DNA from: Gammaproteobacteria bacterium
Lineage (GTDB): Bacteria > Pseudomonadota > Gammaproteobacteria > Steroidobacterales > JACDCP01
DNA: 64,000 nucleotides
NCBI GenBank assembly: GCA_035524935.1
Contig: DATLFD010000003.1
Span: forward strand, 766-64,765
Direction: 5' to 3'
The notes under the pieces are model-generated. The model saw nothing but the letters and a program-made list of their open reading frames with translations, did no database searches and was not told where the DNA came from. Made by a program: the position numbers and the translations under genes. Of the stretch, positions 47,840 to 56,813 are shown piece by piece. Numbering within the stretch: the first letter of the stretch is position 1; every line of letters begins with the position of its first letter.

Positions 47840-48270
47840 CCCGCGCCCCCGAGCGTCACCAAGCCCTGATCCCGCATCGTCCGCCGATGGTGCTCATTGA
47901 CGGCGTGCTCGATGCGGGAGACGCCTTCCTCGTCGCGGAAGTGCGCATCGCGCCGGGCGTCCCGTTTTTCACCGACGGCCTCGGTGTGCCGGCCTGGGTC
48001 GGGCTGGAGTACATGGGGCAGGCGATCGCCGCCCTGGCCGGGCTTCGCGCCGAGCGCGCCGGTGAGCCCGTCGGCTCCGGGCTGCTCGTCGGGTGCAGCC
48101 GCTATACGAGCGTGGTCGCCGCGTTCGCGCCCGGCCGCCGGCTCGAGGTGGAGATTCGCGACGCCGGCACGGGCGCCGGGCGGTTCTGCGCTTTCGACGG
48201 GCTCATTCGCGACGGCGCGGTGCTCGTGAGGTCGTCCATCTCCGTCTATCTGCGTCCGGCCGCGGCATGA
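47836..48270 (+). CDS. hot-dog fold 3-hydroxyacyl-ACP dehydratase-like protein (aryl-polyene type)
   Basis: Its ATG overlaps the upstream TGA. LIPHRPPMVLIDGVL...GLEYMGQAIAA is typical of the small ApeP-like dehydratase. Confidence 0.7.
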   Translation: MTRAPERHQALIPHRPPMVLIDGVLDAGDAFLVAEVRIAPGVPFFTDGLGVPAWVGLEYMGQAIAALAGLRAERAGEPVGSGLLVGCSRYTSVVAAFAPGRRLEVEIRDAGTGAGRFCAFDGLIRDGAVLVRSSISVYLRPAAA

Positions 48271-49010
48271 GTGCGCCACCGCGGGACACGGTGCTGGTCA
48301 CGGGCGCGAGCCGTGGGATCGGCCGGGCGACCGCGCTGGAGCTTGCAGCCTCGGGCTGCGACGTGGTCGTGCACTTTCGCAGTGACGAGGCCGCCGCCGG
48401 CCGGGTCGCGGGCGAGCTGCGCGCGGCGGGCGCCGACTGTCGCCTGCTCTGCTTCGACACCGGCGACCGGCAGGCGGCGCGGCTCGCGCTCGAGGACGAC
48501 ATCGCCCGGCACGGCGCCTACTACGGCGTGGTCTGCAACGCCGGTATCAGCCGCGACAACGCCTTCCCGCTCATGTCCGGTGAGGAGTGGGACGCGGTCC
48601 TGCGCACCAATCTCGACGGCTTCTACAACGTGCTCAACCCCGTGGTCATGCCGATGGTCCGCCGCCGCAGACCGGGCCGCATCGTCGCCGTATCCTCGGT
48701 GGCCGGTTTGATCGGCAATCGCGGCCAGGTCAATTACAGTGCCGCGAAGGCCGGCATCATCGGCGCCGTGAAGGCGCTCGCGCTCGAGCTCGCCAAGCGG
48801 GAGATCACCGTCAACTGCGTCGCGCCCGGCTTCATCGAAACGGACATGACCGACGCGCTGCCGGCAGCCGACATCGCGCGCATGATTCCCATGCGCCGCG
48901 CGGGGCAGGCCGTAGAGGTGGCGAAAGTGATCTCCTTCCTGTGCTCGCCGGCGGCATCCTACCTGACCCGGCAGGTCGTCACTGTCGACGGCGGGCTGTC
49001 CGGATGCTGA
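48267..49010 (+). CDS. fabG: 3-oxoacyl-ACP reductase (SDR)
   Basis: VLVTGASRGIGRA, NAG, and YSAAKAG (YxxxK). Its ATG overlaps the upstream stop. Confidence 0.9.
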   Translation: MSAPPRDTVLVTGASRGIGRATALELAASGCDVVVHFRSDEAAAGRVAGELRAAGADCRLLCFDTGDRQAARLALEDDIARHGAYYGVVCNAGISRDNAFPLMSGEEWDAVLRTNLDGFYNVLNPVVMPMVRRRRPGRIVAVSSVAGLIGNRGQVNYSAAKAGIIGAVKALALELAKREITVNCVAPGFIETDMTDALPAADIARMIPMRRAGQAVEVAKVISFLCSPAASYLTRQVVTVDGGLSGC

Positions 49011-50257
49011 CGGCGACGCGGGGCGGCATGCCACGGCGGGTCGTCGTCACCGGCGCGGGCGCCGTCTCGCCGCTGGGCTCGAGCTGGGCGGAGGTCGAGC
49101 CGCGGCTGCGCGCGCGGCGCAACGCCGTCGTGTGCATGGAGGCCTGGAAGCATTACACCGGCCTCAACACGACCCTCGCGGTGCCGGTCACCGGCTTCAC
49201 CACGCCGGCGCATTACACGCGCAAACGAACGCGCAGCATGGGCCGCGTCGCCCTGCTCGCCGTGCGCGCGGCGGAGCTCGCGCTCGAGGACGCGGGCCTG
49301 CTCGGCGATCCGGTTCTGCGCGGCGGATCGGCCGGCGTCTCGTTCGGCTCGGCCGCCGGCAGCATCGACGCGCTCACCGAGTTCGCGCTCGTGCGCACCG
49401 AGCACAACACGCAGGGGGTGAACGCGACCAGCTACGTGCGCATGATGAGCCATACCGCGGCTGTCAACATCGGCGTGTTCTTTGGCCTCACCGGGCGGCT
49501 GATACCGACCAGCAGCGCCTGCACGGCGGGCAGCCAGGGCATCGGCTACGCCTTCGAGGCGATCAGGCACGGCTACCAGGACATCATGGTCGCCGGCGGC
49601 GCGGAGGAGCTCTGCGCCACCGAGGCGACGGTGTTCGACACCCTCTATGCGACCAGCACGCGCAACGATTCGCCCGAGCTGACCCCGCGCCCGTTCGACC
49701 GCGACCGCGACGGCCTCGTGGTCGGCGAGGGCGGCGGGGCGCTGATTCTCGAAGAGCGTGAGCGCGCCCGCGCGCGAGGCGCACGCATCTATTGCGAGAT
49801 CGCCGGCTTCGGCACCAACTGCGACGGCACGCACGTGACCTATCCGAACCGGGAGACCATGCAGCGCTGCCTCGAGCTCGCGCTCGCCGATGCCGGGCTG
49901 GGCGCGGCCGCGATCGGCTACGTCAACGCCCACGGCACGGCCACCGAATCGGGGGACATCGCCGAGAGCCACGCGACAGCCGGGGCGCTCGGCGGGCGCG
50001 TGCCGATCAGCTCGCTGAAGAGCTATATGGGCCACACCCTGGGCGCCTGCGGCGCGCTGGAAGCATGGATGAGCATCGAGATGATGAACGGCGGCTGGTT
50101 TGCGCCCACCGTCAATCTCGATCACCTCGACCCGCGCTGCGCGGAGCTCGACTATATCGTCGACGACGGCCGCGAGCTCGACTGCGAGCACGTCATGAGC
50201 AACAATTTCGCGTTCGGCGGCATCAACACCTCGCTCGTGTTCCGCCGCGAAGTCTAG
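49004..50257 (+). CDS. beta-ketoacyl-ACP synthase (FabF/FabB-like)
   Basis: RRVVVTGAGAVSP, PTSSACTAGSQG (active-site Cys), NAHGTAT and GHTLGACG. Confidence 0.9.
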   Translation: MLTATRGGMPRRVVVTGAGAVSPLGSSWAEVEPRLRARRNAVVCMEAWKHYTGLNTTLAVPVTGFTTPAHYTRKRTRSMGRVALLAVRAAELALEDAGLLGDPVLRGGSAGVSFGSAAGSIDALTEFALVRTEHNTQGVNATSYVRMMSHTAAVNIGVFFGLTGRLIPTSSACTAGSQGIGYAFEAIRHGYQDIMVAGGAEELCATEATVFDTLYATSTRNDSPELTPRPFDRDRDGLVVGEGGGALILEERERARARGARIYCEIAGFGTNCDGTHVTYPNRETMQRCLELALADAGLGAAAIGYVNAHGTATESGDIAESHATAGALGGRVPISSLKSYMGHTLGACGALEAWMSIEMMNGGWFAPTVNLDHLDPRCAELDYIVDDGRELDCEHVMSNNFAFGGINTSLVFRREV

Positions 50258-50395
50258 GGAACTCTGCTCAACCCCGTCGTTCCGGCGCGGGAAGCCGCAC
50301 ACCGGCTTTCACCGCGGTGGCGAGACGAGGCGGAGTGGCTCGATCGGTTGCCTCGAATCGTCGTCCGGCCGCGCGAGGTGCGCCCTTTTCAGGGA

Positions 50396-51376
50396 TCAGC
50401 CGGCCACGCAGATGTCCGAGAGCCCCGGCGCCGTGACCAGGCTGCCGACGAGGTCGGTCACGCGGCTGAAGCCGTGCCGGTCGAGATAATCGGCGATGCC
50501 GGCGTTGATGGCCTTGAGCACCAGCGGGTCGTAGAACAGCGCGGTGCCGACGCCCACGGCCGCCGCGCCGGCGATGAGGAACCCGATCGCGTCCTCGGCC
50601 GTCAGCACGCCGCCCTGGCCGATGACGGGTACGCCGTGGCGGCGCGCGACATCGTAGACCTGGTGCACCTTGAGCAGCGCGATTGGCCGGATCGCGGGGC
50701 CCGACAGCCCGCCCTGCAGGTTGCCGAGCACGGGCCGGCGGCTTTCGACATCGATGGCCATGCCCATGATCGTGTTGATGACCGCGAGCGCGTCGCTGCC
50801 CGCCTCGATGCAGCGGCGCGCATTCTCGCGGATGTCGGTCTGGTTCGGCGACAGCTTGGTGATGAGCGGCTTGGCCGTCGCCCGGCGGCAGGCCTCGACG
50901 ACGCGCGCGGACATGTCCGGGTCGTTGCCGAAGGCGACGCCGCCCTCGCGGATGTTCGGGCAGGAAATGTTGATCTCCATGCCGTCGATGGGCGAATCGT
51001 CGAAGCGCCGCGTGACTTCCGCGTACTCGTCGACCGTCGAGCCGCAGATGTTGGCGATGAAGCGCGTCTCGGTGAAATCGAGCGCCGGCAGGATGTCGCG
51101 GACCACCGCGTCGACGCCGGGATTCTGCAGGCCGATGGCGTTGAGCATGCCCATCGGCGTCTCGTAGATACGGTGCGGCGGATTGCCGAGGCGCGGCTCG
51201 AGGGTGGTGCCCTTGAGCACGACGGCTCCGGCGTCACGGTTCGAGAATCCGGCCACGCGGGTGTACTCTTCGCCGAAGCCGACGCAGCCCGAGAGCAGCA
51301 CAAGCGGCGTCGCGAGCTTAAGTCCGCACAACTCCATGCCGAGCGCCGCGACGTTGTGCTGGCCGTCAACCTTCAT
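50396..51376 (-). CDS. pyrD: class-1 (1B-like) dihydroorotate dehydrogenase catalytic subunit
   Basis: Collinear with B. subtilis PyrD: LLSGCVGFGEEY, MLNAIGLQNPG, EINISCPN (active-site Cys), GGLSGPAIRPIAL, IGQGGV. The start is ATG 51376 or ATG 51337. Confidence 0.8.
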   Translation of the reverse strand: MKVDGQHNVAALGMELCGLKLATPLVLLSGCVGFGEEYTRVAGFSNRDAGAVVLKGTTLEPRLGNPPHRIYETPMGMLNAIGLQNPGVDAVVRDILPALDFTETRFIANICGSTVDEYAEVTRRFDDSPIDGMEINISCPNIREGGVAFGNDPDMSARVVEACRRATAKPLITKLSPNQTDIRENARRCIEAGSDALAVINTIMGMAIDVESRRPVLGNLQGGLSGPAIRPIALLKVHQVYDVARRHGVPVIGQGGVLTAEDAIGFLIAGAAAVGVGTALFYDPLVLKAINAGIADYLDRHGFSRVTDLVGSLVTAPGLSDICVAG

Positions 51377-51390
51377 TAAGCGGCGCGCAC

Positions 51391-51849
51391 ATGTTCGACC
51401 TGATCATCTTCGAGCCCGAGATCCCGCCCAACACCGGCAACATGATACGCCTGTGCGCCAATACGGGCGCGCGGCTGAATCTCGTGCGGCCGCTCGGTTT
51501 CTCGCTCGACGAGCCGCGGCTGAGGCGCGCCGGGCTCGATTATCGCGAGCTTGCGCAAGTCAGCGTGCACGACAGCCTCGATGCCTGTCTTTCCGCGCTC
51601 GAAAATCCGCGCGTCTTTGCATTCTCGACACGTGCGGAGCGTGTCTACACCGATGCGGACTTCGCGCCCGGCGATGCGCTGCTGTTCGGTCCGGAGACGC
51701 GCGGTCTGCCGCAGGCCCTGCTCGATGCGCTGCCCGCAAGGCAGCGCCTGCGCATCCCGCTGCGGGCGGGCAACCGCAGCCTGAACCTCGCCAACGCCGC
51801 CGCCGTCGCGCTCTACGAGGCCTGGCGGCAGAACGGTTTCAGCGAGTGA
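51391..51849 (+). CDS. trmL: tRNA (cytidine/uridine(34)-2'-O)-methyltransferase
   Basis: MFDLIIFEPEIPPNTGNMIRLCANTGARL...RRAGLDY...FGPETRGLP...NLANAAAVALYEAWRQ matches E. coli TrmL/YibK closely. Confidence 0.9.
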   Translation: MFDLIIFEPEIPPNTGNMIRLCANTGARLNLVRPLGFSLDEPRLRRAGLDYRELAQVSVHDSLDACLSALENPRVFAFSTRAERVYTDADFAPGDALLFGPETRGLPQALLDALPARQRLRIPLRAGNRSLNLANAAAVALYEAWRQNGFSE

Positions 51850-51921
51850 CGCGGGTGGCCGCGACGCAGGTCACCCACTCCCGGCCCTGCGACGAGAGCG
51901 ACCGGCTGCCGCCGCGCGAAG

Positions 51922-52899
51922 TCACTCGGCGCGGGGCGCGCGACCCATGAGGGCGCGCACGGCTTCGGCGGGCGGCGCGCCCTCGTAAACGATGCGGTGG
52001 ATCTGCTCGGTGATGGGCATGTCCACGCCGAGCCGCCGGGCCACGGACCACACCGCCTTCGCGGCGGGGACGCCCTCGACGGCCTGGCCGATTTCGCCGA
52101 GCGCCGTCTCCACGCTCTTGCCCTCGGCCAGCTTGAGGCCCATGCGCCGGTTGCGGGACTGGTCGTCGGTGCAGGTCAGCACCAGGTCGCCCATGCCGGC
52201 AAGGCCGTTGAAGGTCTCGGCCTGCGCGCCGAGCGCGACGCCGAGCCGGGTCATCTCGGCGAGGCCGCGCGTGATCAGCGCGACGCGCGTGTTCGCGCCG
52301 AAGCCCAGGCCGTCCGAGATTCCGGCGCCGATCGCGAGCACGTTCTTGACCGCCCCGCCGACCTCGACGCCTACTATGTCGCAGGACGTGTAGACGCGAA
52401 ACGTATCGGTCGCCAGGCTTTCGGCGAGCGCGCGCGCAAAGCGCGCGTCGGCCGAGGCCACGGTCATCGCCGTCGGCAGGCCGGCGCCGACCTCGCGCGC
52501 GAACGTCGGCCCTGACAGCACGGCAGTCGGCAGGCCCTCGCCGAGCACCTCGCGCGCGACCTGGTGGGGCAGCCTGCCGGAATCGATCTCGAAGCCCTTG
52601 GTCGCCCAGGCTACACGCGCGTTCGTGGGCAGCACGCCCGCGAGCTCGCCGAGCACGCCGCGAAAGGCGTGGCTCGGCACGGCAACAAGCACTGCGGTCG
52701 CCGCACGCAGCGCATCGCCGAGTCGGGCCGCGACGGTCAGGCCCGCGGGGAAGTGTGCGTCCGGCAGGTAACGCAGGTTGCGGCGGTCGCGCTCGAGCGC
52801 CGCCATCTGAGCCGGGTCTCGCCCCCACAGCAGGGTCGGCCGGCCCGCGCGCGCGAACTGGATGGCGAGCGCCGTGCCCCAGGAGCCGGCGCCGATCAC
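51922..52899 (-). CDS. gpsA: NAD(P)H-dependent glycerol-3-phosphate dehydrogenase (annotated from the only canonical start, GTG 52899; see finding)
   Basis: IGAGSWGTALA...GPTFAREV...GAVKNVLAIGAGISDG...TCTDDQSRNRRMG are collinear with E. coli GpsA. Confidence 0.9.
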   Translation of the reverse strand: MIGAGSWGTALAIQFARAGRPTLLWGRDPAQMAALERDRRNLRYLPDAHFPAGLTVAARLGDALRAATAVLVAVPSHAFRGVLGELAGVLPTNARVAWATKGFEIDSGRLPHQVAREVLGEGLPTAVLSGPTFAREVGAGLPTAMTVASADARFARALAESLATDTFRVYTSCDIVGVEVGGAVKNVLAIGAGISDGLGFGANTRVALITRGLAEMTRLGVALGAQAETFNGLAGMGDLVLTCTDDQSRNRRMGLKLAEGKSVETALGEIGQAVEGVPAAKAVWSVARRLGVDMPITEQIHRIVYEGAPPAEAVRALMGRAPRAE

Positions 52900-52950
52900 T
52901 GCGATGACGGCGTTGCGTGGCGCTTGCGTGACCGGCTCCCGCGGCGCGGG

Positions 52951-53430
52951 TCAGCGCTGCCCTTGCGCGGCCTGGCGCGTTTCCGCCTGCAGGTACAGGG
53001 CGTCGAAGTTCATCGGTTGCAGCAACAGCGGCGGGAAGCCGCCGTCGCTGACGAGGCCCGCGATCGTCTGGCGCGCGAACGGGTAGAGCATGCTCGGGCA
53101 GTAGTTGCCGACCAGCGGCTTGAGCTGATCGGTGGGGTAGTCCTTGAGCACGAAGATGCCGGCCTGCTGCAGCTCGATGAGGAAGGCGACCGTGTCGCCC
53201 ATCTTCGCTTCGACATTGACGTTGAGCACGATCTCGTGCGTGCTCTCATCGAGCTTGCTCGTCGTCGAATTCAAGGTCAGCGTGATCTTCGGATTCCACT
53301 CGCCCTTGAAGATGCCCGGACTGTTGGGCGCCTCGAACGAGCAATCCTTGATGTAGACCTTTTGCAGCGAAAGCTGCGGTGACGCCGTCGGTTGATCGGT
53401 GAATCGTGTGGATACCGCCTCTTCTGCCAT
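52951..53430 (-). CDS. secB: protein-export chaperone SecB
   Basis: Start is ATG 53430. LSLQKVYIKDCSFEAPNSP...EIVLNVNVEAK...LYPFARQTIAGLVSDGGFPPLLLQPMNF. Confidence 0.9.
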   Translation of the reverse strand: MAEEAVSTRFTDQPTASPQLSLQKVYIKDCSFEAPNSPGIFKGEWNPKITLTLNSTTSKLDESTHEIVLNVNVEAKMGDTVAFLIELQQAGIFVLKDYPTDQLKPLVGNYCPSMLYPFARQTIAGLVSDGGFPPLLLQPMNFDALYLQAETRQAAQGQR

Positions 53431-53474
53431 GTCGAATTCCTGTTGCCCTGGATGTTTGTCTGCCGAATCCCGGC

Positions 53475-53951
53475 TCACCTGCGGGCGCGCTTGCGCTTCG
53501 GCTGCCGCCGGCCGGCGCCGCGCGCGCCGGCCTTCTCGACCGGCAGGTTGTCGCGCTGCCAGGCCGCGAGGCCGCCTCGCAGGTTGTACACCGGCGCGAA
53601 GCCGTTCGCACGCAGGAGTTGCGCCGCGCGCGCGCCGGACGCGCCGTTGCCGCAATAGCTGATGACGGTTTTACCGGCATGTTGCTTCCTGATCGCGTCG
53701 AGCCGGTCCGCAAGCGTATCGAGCGGCGCATTGAGCGCGTTGATGATGTGGCCCTCGGCGTATTGCTCGGGCGCACGCGCGTCGAGCACGAGCGCGCCGT
53801 GATTCATCTCCGCGATGGCGGCGCCCGGCGTCAGCTCGGTCACGCCCCGCAGCCGCGTGCGAAGCTCGTTTACAATGATCAACGCGATCAGCAGCACCGC
53901 CGCCAGAATCAGGATCGGATGATTGCCGGTAAATTCGACGATCTGCGCCAT
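53475..53951 (-). CDS. membrane-anchored rhodanese-domain protein (YibN-like)
   Basis: N-terminal TM helix ILILAAVLLIALIIV, then LVLDARAPEQYAEGHIINALN...ISYCGNGASGARAA (rhodanese active-site Cys loop). Confidence 0.8.
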   Translation of the reverse strand: MAQIVEFTGNHPILILAAVLLIALIIVNELRTRLRGVTELTPGAAIAEMNHGALVLDARAPEQYAEGHIINALNAPLDTLADRLDAIRKQHAGKTVISYCGNGASGARAAQLLRANGFAPVYNLRGGLAAWQRDNLPVEKAGARGAGRRQPKRKRARR

Positions 53952-55145
53952 GCAGGCCTCGGGCCGCCACGTTCGCGCGCGGTAAAGCGCGGGATTATAG
54001 CAGCCGCCTGCAGCCCGGCCGTGATCGCCTGCCTGCTCTCAGGGGCCCCTGCGGTTGCCGGCGACGCGGACAACGAGGCGAAGCTCGGGCGCGTGCGCGA
54101 GCGTATCGAGATCCTGCGCAGCGAGATGCGCGCCGACGTCGAGAAGCGCGATGCGCTCGCCGCGCGCCTGCGCGACAGCGAAGAGCAGCTCGCGGCGGCC
54201 AGCCGCGCGCTCGAGTCCATACGCGACAAGCGCGTCGCGAGCGAGCGGCGGCTCGACGAGCTCGTGGCGCGGCAGTCCCGGCACCAGACAGCGCTCGCCC
54301 GGGAACGCGCCACTCTCGCGCGCCAGATTCGCTCCGCTTACATGAACGGCCGGCAGGAGCGGCTCAAGCTCATGCTCAGCCAGCAGGATGCCGCGGCGCT
54401 CGGCCGGCTCATGGTCTACTACGGATACTTCAACCGCCTGCGCGCGGGGCGCATAGAGTCCGTCGCCACCCGGCTTGCCGAGCTCGACCGGCTCGGCGCC
54501 GATCTCGGGCGTGAGCAGGCGCGGCTCCACGGGCTCGAAACCGCACGCGCCGCGGAGCTCGAGGAACTCGAGACCGCACGGCGGGAACGAGCGGCTTCGC
54601 TGTCGGCGCTCGCCGGCCGCATAGCGGCACGCGGCGGCGAGGTCGCCGGCCTCGAGGCGAATGCGCAGGCGCTCGAGAAACTCGTCGAGGAACTGCGCCG
54701 CGCGCTGGCCGACCTGCCCGTGACCGGTCAGCAACCGTTCGACGAGGTGCGCGGCCGGCTCGCGTGGCCGGTCGAGGGCCGGCTGATCAGCGATTTCGGC
54801 GAGCCGCGCGCGGGCGGGCGGCTCAAGTGGAACGGTGTGCTGATCGGCGCCGAGCGCGGCGCAGAGGTGCGCGCGATCCATCATGGCCGGGTGGCCTATG
54901 CCGGCTGGCTGCCGGGCCTCGGGCTGCTGCTCGTGATCGAGCACGGCGGCGGCTACCTGAGCCTCTACGGGCACAATCTGTCCCTCGCCCGGGACGTCGG
55001 CGACCTGGTCGCGCCGGGCGCGGTCATCGGCCGGGTCGGAGACAGCGGCGGGCGCGCCGAGCCCGCGCTCTACTTTGAGATTCGCCGCGCCCGCGAGCCC
55101 CTCGACCCACACGGCTGGATCGCCCGCAAGCTGGTCCGGCGCTGA
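53919..55145 (+). CDS. envC: EnvC-like murein hydrolase activator (coiled coil + M23/LytM domain); start uncertain (ATG 53919 or GTG 54021)
   Basis: A long coiled-coil region is followed by LAWPVEGRLISDFG...GVLIGAERGAEVRAIHHGRVAYAGWLPGLGLLLVIEHGGGYLSLYGHN...GRVGDSGG. Confidence 0.8.
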   Translation: MIAGKFDDLRHAGLGPPRSRAVKRGIIAAACSPAVIACLLSGAPAVAGDADNEAKLGRVRERIEILRSEMRADVEKRDALAARLRDSEEQLAAASRALESIRDKRVASERRLDELVARQSRHQTALARERATLARQIRSAYMNGRQERLKLMLSQQDAAALGRLMVYYGYFNRLRAGRIESVATRLAELDRLGADLGREQARLHGLETARAAELEELETARRERAASLSALAGRIAARGGEVAGLEANAQALEKLVEELRRALADLPVTGQQPFDEVRGRLAWPVEGRLISDFGEPRAGGRLKWNGVLIGAERGAEVRAIHHGRVAYAGWLPGLGLLLVIEHGGGYLSLYGHNLSLARDVGDLVAPGAVIGRVGDSGGRAEPALYFEIRRAREPLDPHGWIARKLVRR

Positions 55146-55226
55146 TGCCGCCCGCCTGACGCTATGCTATCGTGACTGCGCGGCCATTCGGCCGAAAGTC
55201 GCGCGGGCAGGACCCCGGAGCCGTTT

Positions 55227-56489
55227 ATGTCGTTGAGAGCAAGAAGCGTACTGGTGCTGGTCATCGGCACCGCGCTCGGCCTGTCGCTGTCCGTCGGCGG
55301 CGGCGTGCTGGCGGAACGCGGCGCGGATGCCGAGGACACCCTGCCGTGGGAGGACGCCCGCCTGCTGGCCGAGGTGCTGCAGCGGGTCAAGCGCGATTAT
55401 GTCGAGCAGGTCGACGACCACGAGCTCATCGAAGCGGCGATCCGCGGCATGGTGGCGGACCTCGATCCGCACTCGGCATTCCTCGATTCGGAGGAATACC
55501 AGGAGATACGCATCAGTACGACCGGTAACTACTCCGGGGTCGGCCTCGAGGTGAGCCTCGAGGAGGAACAGGACGGGCAGACGCAGCGCGTGCGCGTCAT
55601 CGCGCCCATCGAGGGTACGCCCGCCGCGCGCGCCGGCATCCGGCCCGGCGACGCCATCATCAGCATCGACGGCATGCCCGTCGATCCTGCCAACCTGGCC
55701 GACACCGTCAACCGCATGCGCGGCGAGCCGGGCACGCAGGTACGCATCACCGTCGAGCGCGACGGGCTCGAGGAGCCGTTGAGCTTCACCCTGGTCCGCG
55801 ACCACGTGCTCGTGCGCAGCGTCAAGCACGAGATGCTCGAGCCGGGCTATGGCTACGTGCGCATCACTCATTTCAGCGAGACCACCGGCAACGACCTGAA
55901 CACCGCGCTGGCCGGGCTCCAGGACGCCGCCGGCGAATCCGGCCTGCGCGGGCTCGTGCTCGACCTGCGCAACAATCCGGGCGGTGTGCTCGACTCGGCG
56001 GTCGACGTTTCCGACGCCTTCCTCGACAGCGGCGTCATCGTCACCGCGGACGGCCGCGTCAGCGAGGCGCGCTTTCGCATGGATGCACGCAGCGGCGACC
56101 TTCTGCGCGGCGCCGAGCTCGTCGTTCTCGTCAACGGCGGTTCGGCCTCGGCATCCGAGATCGTCGCCGGCGCGCTCAAGGACAATCATCGCGCGACCCT
56201 GGTCGGCACACCGACCTTCGGCAAGGGCTCGGTGCAGACGGTCATGCCGCTGTCCGAAGGGCGCGCCATCAAGCTCACGACGTCGAAGTACTACACGCCC
56301 TCCGGGACATCGATCCACGACCGCGGCATCGAGCCCGACATCAACATCGACAACGACAGCATCGATGCGGCGCGCATCGCGCAGCTCCCGGAGATCCATG
56401 GCGAGGACCGGAAGCTGGCCAGCGATTATCAGCTGCGCGCGGGGCTGCAGGCGCTGCAGGACAAGCGCATCGCGCACACGGCCCAGTGA
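55227..56489 (+). CDS. ctpA: carboxy-terminal processing protease (S41)
   Basis: Signal peptide, PDZ segment (GVGLEV...PIEGTPAARAGIRPGDAIISIDG), and LVLDLRNNPGGVL...NGGSASASEIVAGAL...GTPTFGKGSVQ. Confidence 0.9.
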   Translation: MSLRARSVLVLVIGTALGLSLSVGGGVLAERGADAEDTLPWEDARLLAEVLQRVKRDYVEQVDDHELIEAAIRGMVADLDPHSAFLDSEEYQEIRISTTGNYSGVGLEVSLEEEQDGQTQRVRVIAPIEGTPAARAGIRPGDAIISIDGMPVDPANLADTVNRMRGEPGTQVRITVERDGLEEPLSFTLVRDHVLVRSVKHEMLEPGYGYVRITHFSETTGNDLNTALAGLQDAAGESGLRGLVLDLRNNPGGVLDSAVDVSDAFLDSGVIVTADGRVSEARFRMDARSGDLLRGAELVVLVNGGSASASEIVAGALKDNHRATLVGTPTFGKGSVQTVMPLSEGRAIKLTTSKYYTPSGTSIHDRGIEPDINIDNDSIDAARIAQLPEIHGEDRKLASDYQLRAGLQALQDKRIAHTAQ

Positions 56490-56609
56490 ATTCGCAACCG
56501 CCTGCGCGCCGTCCGCTGTGAGGAGCGGGGCCCTGCACGCGGCGCGCGCCGCCGTCGCGTTTTGCCACGCCGTCCACGCCGCGCGCGGGCCCGCCGGCCG
56601 GGACCGCCC

Positions 56610-56762
56610 GTGAGCACGACGCTGTGGGTTTTCGGCCTGGTGGCGCTGATCGGACTGATCGCCTTCGTGAGCTACATGCGGCGGCTGTTTCGCGAAAGCC
56701 GCGAGGCCGAGAAGCGCCTCGACTATTCGAAAATGCGCAAATGGGAGGACGAAGACGGCTGA
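56610..56762 (+). CDS. possible small single-pass membrane protein
   Basis: GTG 56610 gives STTLWVFGLVALIGLIAFVSYMRRLFRESREAEKRL.... No family recognised. Confidence 0.3.
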   Translation: MSTTLWVFGLVALIGLIAFVSYMRRLFRESREAEKRLDYSKMRKWEDEDG

Positions 56763-56813
56763 GGCGCGGCCGCCTTCGGGCGCATTCCCCGAGCCCGCAG
56801 CAGTGGAAGGCCC

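Noticed and set aside
53431-53474. Absence of grxC between the rhodanese gene and secB (E. coli order is yibN-grxC-secB-gpsA) as a possible deletion scar
   Set aside because: The 44-nt spacer shows no remnant ORF or repeats. Lack of grxC at this position is common outside the Enterobacteriaceae and is not informative on its own.
53406-53918. N-terminal 170 codons of ORF 53406-55145 (would make a 579-aa EnvC)
   Set aside because: This part is antisense to the secB 5' end and the whole rhodanese gene and has no coiled-coil or signal features. The EnvC-like sequence starts near 53919-54021.
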